Shown: one piece after another, positions 9,190-16,904 of the stretch
Layout of the letters: every line of letters starts with the position of its first letter
Position numbering within the stretch: the stretch's first letter is position 1
Origin: Chloroflexota bacterium
GTDB taxonomy: Bacteria > Chloroflexota > Limnocylindria > Limnocylindrales > CSP1-4
DNA: 64,000 bases
Assembly: GCA_039933295.1 (NCBI GenBank)
Contig: JBDTOJ010000077.1
Coordinates: forward strand, 9,419-73,418
Reading direction: 5' to 3'
Program-made: the position numbers and the translations under genes
The notes under the pieces: generated by a model
Seen by the model: only the letters and a program-made list of their open reading frames with translations
The model's database searches: none
Told to the model about the DNA's origin: nothing

Positions 9190-10154
9190 GCGACCGCCTC
9201 CTGAGGCGCCGGCTCATCCTGGCCCGTGACCTGGAGGAAGAGCTCCTCGAGGTCGCTCGCCGCGCGCGAGAAACTTGCAATGCTGAGTCCGGACGAGATT
9301 GCGTCACGGAGCAGTGCCGCCGTCTGCACCTCGTCCCCCCGGAACCCCAGCTCGACCAGTCCATCCGGCAGGATGGCTGCCGACGCGACCTCGGCCTGTC
9401 CGGAGAACCAGACGCGGGCGGCTTCAAGCGCTTCGCCTTCGGCGATGACGCGGGCTCGAAGGACCGCCCCAACTCGAAGCCGCTTCTCGATGTCGGCGAT
9501 CCGTCCCGACGCCAACACACGTCCACGATCCACGATCGCAACGCTCGTACACAGCTCCTCGAGTTCCGGGAGGATGTGGCTGCTGATCAGAATGGTCTTG
9601 CCGAGGCTCCGCAGCTCACGGAGCAACTCGCGGAGTTCGACGCGGGCTCGCGGGTCGAGACCCGAGGCGGGCTCATCGAGGAGGAGCACCTTCGGGTCGT
9701 GGACGAGCGCATGGGCGAGGCACAGGCGCTGCTGCATGCCCCGGGACAGGCCCTGCACGTACGTGTCGCGTTTGTCGGCGAGATCCACGAGCTCGAGGAG
9801 GTCCCCGATGATCCGCTTCCGCGCAGGCGCCGAGAGCCCGTAGCACCGGCCGAAGAAGTCGAGGTACTCCCAGACCCGCATATCGTCGTAGACCCCGAAC
9901 ACGTCCGGCATGAACCCGAGGACGCGTCGGACGTCGTTCGAGTTCCGGGCAAGCGACCAACCCGCGACCTCGGCCTCCCCGGCGGTCGGTTCCAGGAGCG
10001 TGGCGAGGATGCGAAGTGTCGTGGTCTTGCCGGCGCCATTCGGCCCGACGAGACCGAAGATCTCGCCCTCCTCGATCTCGAGGTCGACGCCAGCCACTGC
10101 CAGCGTGCGGTCGTAGCGCTTCACCAGACCCTGCGTCCTGACGATGGTTGTCAC
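9186..10154 (-). CDS. ABC transporter ATP-binding protein
   Basis: GLVGPNGAGKTT (Walker A), LSRGMQQRL (ABC signature), VLLLDEPASGLD (Walker B). Start set to the GTG at 10154..10152, which overlaps the TGA of the upstream gene. The M-initiated ORF to 10382 would overlap the accessory gene by 230 nt. Confidence 0.85.
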   Translation of the reverse strand: MTTIVRTQGLVKRYDRTLAVAGVDLEIEEGEIFGLVGPNGAGKTTTLRILATLLEPTAGEAEVAGWSLARNSNDVRRVLGFMPDVFGVYDDMRVWEYLDFFGRCYGLSAPARKRIIGDLLELVDLADKRDTYVQGLSRGMQQRLCLAHALVHDPKVLLLDEPASGLDPRARVELRELLRELRSLGKTILISSHILPELEELCTSVAIVDRGRVLASGRIADIEKRLRVGAVLRARVIAEGEALEAARVWFSGQAEVASAAILPDGLVELGFRGDEVQTAALLRDAISSGLSIASFSRAASDLEELFLQVTGQDEPAPQEAVA

Positions 10155-12667
10155 GAGATGACCCCACTGATCGAGATCTGGAACTGGAACCCGAGACCCT
10201 GGTCGGACGATTCGTTGACGAACCTGATCAGCACCTGGCCGGTGGCTCGATCGACGAATCGCTCCGGCGAGTCGATGGAGTAGACATTCCCCTGGCCGAG
10301 ATGCGGAAGTCTGGCCCACACGCCGGCGACGACATCGAAGACCTCGATCTCGGGCACCCCGTCGAGGCGTGGCGGCGTGCAACCCTCCGGCTTGGTGTTC
10401 GTGGAGTCGACGCAGGCGATCGGCCTGGTATCAAGCGGCGCGACGTGGGTTGCGCCCGGTCCCGGCAGGCTTGCACCATTCATCGAGAACTGGACCTCGG
10501 TGGCTCTGAACGAACCCCGGAACGAAATGGGCCGGTAGGCAATCGTGGCCGACCCGGCGCCCATGTTCAACGAGAACGGGTCCTTGCTGAAGAACGCGGC
10601 ATCGGATGACACGACGGTCGCGGTGATGAGATCCGATGCGAACGCCGTGGTGCCAGTGACATCAAGGCCGGCGGGCAGGTAGTACAGGACGTTCGCATTG
10701 CGGCGGGCGGTCTGGCCCTGCACGCGTACGTCAAGCACTTCATCCCGACCCCATGCCAGGAGCACGGGACCGCTGGCATTCAGATTGCCGATCGAGCCGA
10801 ACATTGGGTCGAACGTCAGCTGATCGACAATCGCGTGCCGGACCCGCATCCGGAGGCCATCGTCGCTGAGCGACGACGAGTCCCCGAAGAACACCTGGCC
10901 GAAGATTCGATCTGAGAGCGATTGGCCTAACTGGTTGCCGGTTGTGCGGAGCGAGAGGTCCTTGGAGGATCCCGGTGCCATGTCGCCTATCACGGCGACG
11001 GAGCCACCGAGGACCATGGCGACACTCTCGAGGGTGATGTCCGAGCTGTTCGTCACCGTTCCGGTCACGTTCCCATCCTTGAAGGCGAGCTTGGTCGTTA
11101 CGAGCGGTACGGTTGCCGGTGCATCTGCCCGGATGGTCCTCAGTGACGAGAACCCGACGGCGAGGTCGCGGACGAGCGCGGGATCGCCCTGAACGATGTC
11201 GAGTGAATTCGGATCGCCGTTGCCTGAGAAGTCGCCGGTGGATGGCGCCGTGAGCAGGGCACTCCCGTGGACTTCGAGCTGATAGGTCGATCTGGATGGC
11301 GAGAACACCCCGACATAGACCTGCGCGGAACCCTCGGTCGCACCGGGCGCGCCACGCACGACGGCAACCTCATTCACGATCAGATCGCTGCCACGGAGCG
11401 TTGTGCCGAAGCCGTAGGACGCAGTCGCGAAGGCCACGATCAGGACGGGCATCGTGATCCATGCAAGCTCGCGTCGATCGAGCCGGCGGAGGATCAGGTA
11501 GTTGATGGGTCCGATCAGCAGGATGTAGCCGCCAATCAGGAGGAGCAACCCGCCGATCGGCGGGAGGGCCAGCGACGCGAGCTGGTTGACCGCGTTGACG
11601 ATCTGACTGTCATCCGAGCCGACAACTGGCCCGCCCGCCGTCCGCCCGGGCAGGAGGCGTCGCCACATGACGTCGATGTCACGGCGCGCCGCGAGCCACG
11701 TCGTGGCGGGATCGAAGCCGAGGACTGTCACCGCGCCACTGCCGTAGTCCATCTCGGCGGCAATGACGCGATCGCCGGACGTTGCCAGTGGCCGACCTTC
11801 GCGAAGTGTCCCGCCCTCCGCCGGAAGATCCACCGCGTTCACGGGCAGCTCGCCGATGAGTCCGGTCAACGTCGTTGGGCTCACGGTCAGGGTGGCGGTT
11901 GGCCGATACGGCAGCAGGTCGTCCGGGAAGCCGGACAAGGTTCCGATGCCCGCTGTGCCGCCGGCGATGACGAGCTCGCCGCCACCGGCGATCCAGCCCC
12001 GGAGTGCGGCGAGCTGGTCCGTACTGAGTTGGTTGCTGTCCACGTCCTGCCAGACGAGCCGATCAAGCGTGCCCCAGGCCTCGAGGCGATCGGGCAGGTC
12101 CGCGATCCCCAGGGCCAGGATGGCCGGCGCAATCCCGTTCTGGTTCGGCTCGAGGTTGAGCTCGGCGATGATGCCCTGGGGCTGTTCGGCGATGACCCCG
12201 ACCACGAGCTGGGCGGCATCGTGAATGAGGTAGGTGACGTCGGCCGAGGCGATCGTGCTTCCGCCGGAGATCAGTTCGACCTTCACGGTGCGCCCAAAGG
12301 ATGGCGGCTGCGCATGGAGCACGTACGCCTGTCGGGAATTCGTGGGCAGGTCCACCGGCACCGAGAAGCGTGTCCGTCCGGAAGCTCCGCCCGCGAGGCG
12401 GACCTCGCCCTTCACGGCCGGGCCGTCGTTCGTGAATGCGATCTGGATGGCCATCCACGATCCGACGCGCGCGTGGCCCTGAAGGAGGACCTTGGCCTCC
12501 ATCTTCACGGTGGTCGCGGCCTGCGCTGTGACGGCAAGCGGACCGAGGAGCAGCGCCGCAACGACGAACATCGCCGCGAGCGCGTGGAACCAACGGGCGG
12601 CGGGTCGCGGCAGAGCCAGAGCGAGCGGCACGACGTCTCCAGGGATTACGTGGGTGGTCGGTTGCAT
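10151..12667 (-). CDS. Large (about 838 aa) exported membrane-anchored accessory protein of the ABC-2 transporter (GldG/DUF4350-like architecture suspected)
   Basis: Start chosen at MQPTTHVIPGDVVPLALALPRPAARWFHALAAMFVVAALLLGPLAVTAQA (signal peptide / TM). About 440 aa predicted extracytoplasmic region with LRGWIAGGGELVIAGG. A central TM pair (LLLLIGGYILLIGPINYLILRRL...WITMPVLIVAFATASYGF). About 380 aa Ser/Thr/Gly-rich C-terminal region. First gene of the operon. Confidence 0.55.
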   Translation of the reverse strand: MQPTTHVIPGDVVPLALALPRPAARWFHALAAMFVVAALLLGPLAVTAQAATTVKMEAKVLLQGHARVGSWMAIQIAFTNDGPAVKGEVRLAGGASGRTRFSVPVDLPTNSRQAYVLHAQPPSFGRTVKVELISGGSTIASADVTYLIHDAAQLVVGVIAEQPQGIIAELNLEPNQNGIAPAILALGIADLPDRLEAWGTLDRLVWQDVDSNQLSTDQLAALRGWIAGGGELVIAGGTAGIGTLSGFPDDLLPYRPTATLTVSPTTLTGLIGELPVNAVDLPAEGGTLREGRPLATSGDRVIAAEMDYGSGAVTVLGFDPATTWLAARRDIDVMWRRLLPGRTAGGPVVGSDDSQIVNAVNQLASLALPPIGGLLLLIGGYILLIGPINYLILRRLDRRELAWITMPVLIVAFATASYGFGTTLRGSDLIVNEVAVVRGAPGATEGSAQVYVGVFSPSRSTYQLEVHGSALLTAPSTGDFSGNGDPNSLDIVQGDPALVRDLAVGFSSLRTIRADAPATVPLVTTKLAFKDGNVTGTVTNSSDITLESVAMVLGGSVAVIGDMAPGSSKDLSLRTTGNQLGQSLSDRIFGQVFFGDSSSLSDDGLRMRVRHAIVDQLTFDPMFGSIGNLNASGPVLLAWGRDEVLDVRVQGQTARRNANVLYYLPAGLDVTGTTAFASDLITATVVSSDAAFFSKDPFSLNMGAGSATIAYRPISFRGSFRATEVQFSMNGASLPGPGATHVAPLDTRPIACVDSTNTKPEGCTPPRLDGVPEIEVFDVVAGVWARLPHLGQGNVYSIDSPERFVDRATGQVLIRFVNESSDQGLGFQFQISISGVIS

Positions 12668-12900
12668 CGACGCCGGGCACCCCCGATTAGTTGCGCGGCC
12701 CGGTAAATACCCGGCCGGTCGCGAATCCGCGGTGCCTATCGTACGATCCGGGAGCCAGCATGCGACCGAACCTTCTGACGATCGGCAGGTGCGTGGCCCG
12801 CCCGCCATCCGGCAGGCTGAGCATCGAGCCCCGACAGAGAACTCGTATCCGTCCATAGGCCATCTCCCGGCCTCGTCATCAACCCGCTGGAGGGGTGAGC

Positions 12901-13779
12901 ATGCCCAATTCGACACCCGACGACATCCTCGCACGCGCCCAGGTGCCGGCGGTCAATGGACGACCCATAAGGAAGGACGAGATCGAGCTCGACGAGCGGG
13001 GCATCTACGTCGAATCCTGGCTGCCCGAACGCCGGTCGCGCCGCAAGCCTCTCCTGTTCGTGCACGGGGAACTCGGTGGATCGTGGCTGTGGGAGCGCTA
13101 CCTCGGCTATTTCGCCGGGCGGGGCTGGGAGGGCCATGCCCTCAACCTGCGAAACCACCATTGGAGCCAGACGGCGGACCCGGCGGAGTTGTCGTTCGAG
13201 ATGTTCGTCGAGGACGTCGCCTCGGTCATGGCGCGGCTCGGCCCCGGTGTCGTCGTAATCGGCCACGGGATGGGTGGTCTCCTCGCCCTCAAGGCGGCCG
13301 AGCGCCAGCCGGTTTCCGGACTCGTGCTCGTCGCCCCCGAGGCGCCGGGCGAGCTTCGTCTTGCGGCGCATCAACATGAGCTTCGAGATATCCCGGAGCT
13401 GTACGGCAAGGCCGTTATCGGCTGGGAGACCCTTCCCGAGCGGTTGCAGCGTGATCACCCGGACCTGTCGATCGGCGACATCCTGCGAATCCAGCACCTG
13501 ATGGGCCAGAAGCCGCACGAGTCGGGACGAGCCAGGCGAGCGGTTCTGCGCGGGATTCGGGTGAACCGGACGGCATTCGAGAGCGTGCCGCGTCTCGTGA
13601 TCGCCGGCGGCCTGGATCGCCAGGTGCCGGCTGAGAGCGTTGAACGTGTCGCCGAGTGGCTTACCGCGCCGTACGAACCATTCGGGGCGCACTCGCACTA
13701 CGGGCTGGTCGTGGGCGAGGACAGCTACCAGCAGGTCGCGGACTCGATCCGCGCCTTCCTCGAGCTGAATCGGCTCTGA
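12901..13779 (+). CDS. Alpha/beta-hydrolase-fold protein with Gly replacing the nucleophile (GHGMGG), a predicted pseudo-enzyme
   Basis: RBS ggagggg 6 nt upstream of the ATG at 12901. The alpha/beta hydrolase core is LLFVHGELGGSW...VVVIGHGMGGLLALKAAE. The nucleophile-elbow codon is ggg (Gly), not Ser, Cys or Asp. Confidence 0.7.
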   Translation: MPNSTPDDILARAQVPAVNGRPIRKDEIELDERGIYVESWLPERRSRRKPLLFVHGELGGSWLWERYLGYFAGRGWEGHALNLRNHHWSQTADPAELSFEMFVEDVASVMARLGPGVVVIGHGMGGLLALKAAERQPVSGLVLVAPEAPGELRLAAHQHELRDIPELYGKAVIGWETLPERLQRDHPDLSIGDILRIQHLMGQKPHESGRARRAVLRGIRVNRTAFESVPRLVIAGGLDRQVPAESVERVAEWLTAPYEPFGAHSHYGLVVGEDSYQQVADSIRAFLELNRL

Positions 13780-13841
13780 TCGAGGGCTCGATTCGCGGTC
13801 GTTTGGTATCATCCGCCGCTCACGCGGTCCGCGTGACTCAG

Positions 13842-13918
13842 GCCGCATTCGTCTAGAGGCCCAGGACACCGCCCTCTCAAGGCGGAGACCACCGGTTCGA
13901 ATCCGGTATGCGGTACCA
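13842..13918 (+). tRNA. tRNA-Glu (anticodon CUC)
   Basis: Hand-folded cloverleaf: acceptor GCCGCAT/ATGCGGT, D-arm GTCT..GGAC, anticodon stem CCGCC/GGCGG with loop CTCTCAA, T-arm ACCGG-TTCGAAT-CCGGT, discriminator A and encoded CCA. Confidence 0.85.
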
Positions 13919-13930
13919 GATGCCAACGAA

Positions 13931-13970
13931 GGCCCGATCCGCCCTGCGGATCGGGCCTTCTTCCTGTTTG
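13931..13970 (+). terminator. Rho-independent terminator after tRNA-Glu
   Basis: Stem GGCCCGATCCGC-CCTG-CGGATCGGGCC followed by TTCTTCCTGTTT. Confidence 0.5.
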
Positions 13971-14114
13971 GCGGCCGTTCGTTGCCACGCGTCACCGGTC
14001 TCCGCCGTCGTGAGCGTGGAGCGTCCAACCACTAGGCCCAAAGTAGGGCTCACAGCCGGACCCGACCCCCGTGCTAGGTTCGCCAGACCATCATCTGTAC
14101 AGGAGGAGGCATCG

Positions 14115-14336
14115 ATGGTCAAAGTGCGCCGAATGATGTTCAGCGCCCTGGTTCCGGCCCTCGTTCTCGTGGCCGCCAGCACCGCCAACGTGGTGGGGCA
14201 GCCGCTTGACAAGGTCAATGTCTGCCACCGGACAGGCAACGGCAGCTATCACGAGATCAACATCTCGCAGAACGCGCTGTCGGCTCACCTGAAGCACGGC
14301 GACGTGCTTCCCGACGAGTACGGCGACTGCCCGTAA
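14115..14336 (+). CDS. Small secreted protein (73 aa, signal peptide, 2 Cys)
   Basis: RBS aggagg 5 nt upstream of the ATG. MVKVRRMMFSALVPALVLVAASTANVVGQ is a signal peptide. Mature part about 45 aa with C near the N-terminus (NVCHRTG) and at the C-terminus (GDCP). It leads the glycosyltransferase cluster. Confidence 0.5.
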   Translation: MVKVRRMMFSALVPALVLVAASTANVVGQPLDKVNVCHRTGNGSYHEINISQNALSAHLKHGDVLPDEYGDCP

Positions 14337-14434
14337 TCGTTCTTCGTTCGGCCTGAGTCCAGGCCGTCTCTCGCGCGATCTCCGTCGAGATCGCGCGAGC
14401 CACTTCCCCGATCGCAAGCTCATCCGGAGGTCCG

Positions 14435-15577
14435 ATGACGGCTGCCCTCATGCCGCCCCGCGTGTCCATCGTCATGCCCTGCCTCAACGAGGCCGAGACT
14501 GTCGCCATCTGCGTCGAAAAGGCCCGTGCCTGGCTGCAATCGACCGGAACGATCGGTGAAGTCCTCGTCGTCGACAACGGCTCGACCGACGGATCAGCAG
14601 CCCTCGCCACTGCCGCCGGAGCTCAGGTCGTCCATGAGCGACGCCGCGGCTACGGGAACGCCTACCTGCGGGGCTTCGCCGAAGCGCGCGGGGAGATCAT
14701 CGTCATGGGTGACGCCGACGATACCTACGACTTCAGCCGGCTCGATGAACTGCTCAAGCCCCTTGGCGACGGCTTCGACATGGTGCTCGGCAATCGGTTC
14801 ACCGGCGGGATCACGGCGGGCGCGATGCCCTGGGCCCATCGATACATCGGCAGCCCGATCATCAACCTCATCATTCGCCGGTTCATCGGGCTCCGCGTGG
14901 GCGATAGTCAGAGCGGGTTCCGGGCCTTCACCCGGGATGCCTACGAACGGATGAAGCTCCGGTCCGGCGGCATGGAGCTCGCCTCCGAGATGATCGTGAA
15001 CGCTGCACGAGAAGGCCTCGCGGTCACCGAAGTGCCGGCCCCGTACAACGTCCGCCTGGGCGAAAGCAAGCTGAACACGGTCCGCGACGGATGGCGCCAT
15101 CTCCGGTTCCTGCTCGTCTCGGCACCCAACTTCCTGTTCGTTCTGCCCGGCCTCGCGCTGGTCGGGATGGGGCTCGCCGTGTTGGCTATCTCGTTCCTGG
15201 CGCCGACCGGTATCGAGATCGGATCGCTCAACTGGCAATCGGTATTCGCTGGCTCGATCTTCCTCGCCATCGGCGCCAATGCGCTCGTCTTCGGGCTCAT
15301 CACCAAGACGTACGGTGTCGACCGCGGCTTCCTCAAGGAAGACAGGTTGGTACGCTTCTATCGGAGGATCTTCAGCCTCGAACGGGTCCTGGCGGTCGCC
15401 GGAATCCTGATGGTGGTCGGGCTCGTGCTCAACCTCGGGCTGCTGGCGATCTGGCTGTCCGGCTCGAAGCTCGCGCTTGGACTCCAGTTTGCCGCTCTGG
15501 CCCAGAGCCTGATGATCGTCGGCGCGAACGTCGGCATGGCTGGGTTCCTGGCCGTGGCGATCGCCGATCGCCGGTGA
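14435..15577 (+). CDS. GT2 glycosyltransferase, polyprenol-phosphate sugar synthase-like (DPM1/GtrB/ArnC-type) with C-terminal TM domain
   Basis: VSIVMPCLNEAETV...VVDNGSTDGS...MGDADDTY (GT-A DXD motif), plus 4 C-terminal TM helices. RBS ggagg upstream. Confidence 0.85.
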   Translation: MTAALMPPRVSIVMPCLNEAETVAICVEKARAWLQSTGTIGEVLVVDNGSTDGSAALATAAGAQVVHERRRGYGNAYLRGFAEARGEIIVMGDADDTYDFSRLDELLKPLGDGFDMVLGNRFTGGITAGAMPWAHRYIGSPIINLIIRRFIGLRVGDSQSGFRAFTRDAYERMKLRSGGMELASEMIVNAAREGLAVTEVPAPYNVRLGESKLNTVRDGWRHLRFLLVSAPNFLFVLPGLALVGMGLAVLAISFLAPTGIEIGSLNWQSVFAGSIFLAIGANALVFGLITKTYGVDRGFLKEDRLVRFYRRIFSLERVLAVAGILMVVGLVLNLGLLAIWLSGSKLALGLQFAALAQSLMIVGANVGMAGFLAVAIADRR

Positions 15578-15587
15578 GGTGCGCCGC

Positions 15588-16904
15588 ATGATCGATCCCG
15601 GCACGAGCCCCCGGTTGCGGATCGCCTTCGTCTACGACGCCCTGATCCCGTATTGCAGCGGCGGTGCGGAGCGGCGCTTCCACGAACTGGCAATTCGCCT
15701 CGCGGAGCGCCACGACGTCCACCACGTCACCTGGCGGTTCTGGGGCGATGAGCCGACGATCGTCCGCGACGGGGTGACCCTTCACGGCATCGGTGCCCCG
15801 CGCGGGTTCTACGGCTCGGATGGCAAGCGGACGATCCGGGAGGCGGTCGAATTCGCGGCGCGTCTACCCTCCGTCCTGGCCCGGCTCGGGGCCGATGTCG
15901 TCGATGCTTCGGCAACCCCGTTTCTGCCGCTGTACGCGGCCTGGGCAACGACTCGGGCGACCCGGACGCCATTGGTCGCCACATGGCACGAGTTCTGGGG
16001 CGATCACTGGCTCGACTACCTGCCCGATCGGCCGGTTGTGGCCCGAGCGGCGCGGTTCGTCGAAGGTGGGGCACGGCGCGTCGCGGATCGGCGGATTGCC
16101 GTCTCGCCGTTCACCGCCCGCAGGATGGCGGGACGGGACGCGGATGGCCCTGGGATCGAGGTCGTGGCCAACGGCGTGGACCTCGCGGCCATGTCCGTCG
16201 CCACCGTTGATGACCAGCGGTCCGACCTGATCTACGTCGGGCGGCTGATCGACGAGAAGCGGGTGGACCTGCTCATTCGTGCGGTGGCGGGGCTCGTCGG
16301 TCGATTCCCGGAGCTCCGATGCGTGATCGTCGGCGATGGGCCGGAGCGAGCCGCCCTGGGCTCGCTGGCCGTGGAACTCGGCGTCGATGAGCAAGTCACG
16401 TTCGTTGGTCGCGTATCCGACGAACGCGTGCCGTCACTCATGCGGGCGTCGCGGGTACTCGTCCTACCCTCGGAGCGCGAGGGCTACGGGATCACCGTCG
16501 TGGAAGGGCAGGCATGTGGCCTCGTGCCGGTCGTCGCGGCGAGCCCGATGAGTGCCGCGCCGGACCTCATTTCGGACGGCGTCGACGGCCTGGTCTTCGA
16601 CCCGAGCCCAACTGGTTTGACCTCGGTCCTCGCCGACCTACTGGCGGATGCCAGGAGCCTCAAGCGCATCGCTCGGGCCGCCCGCGCGACCGCGGAGGGA
16701 CGAGGCTGGGATAGCCGCGCACTCGAGATGGAGCGGGTCTACATCGACCTCGTCGCCGAGCGTCGGCTGGCCGGGCCGAAGTCCAGCCGCGCGATCATGA
16801 GGCGAGCGCGTCTGGCCGGACCCGCAGCCGTGGCCGGCGCTGCGGAGCTGCGATCCGAGATCGCGTCCGACCACGCGGCCCTCCTCGGTGAACCGCGATG
16901 GTGA
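15588..16904 (+). CDS. GT4 (group 1) glycosyltransferase
   Basis: Core region: [19 protein letters not shown]...[24 protein letters not shown] (EX7E-type GT-B). Confidence 0.8.
   Translation: [438 protein letters not shown]

Noticed and set aside
13780-13930. Integrase or prophage at tRNA-Glu
   Set aside because: No integrase, recombinase or phage-like genes downstream. The tRNA is followed by an ordinary terminator and the glycosyltransferase operon.
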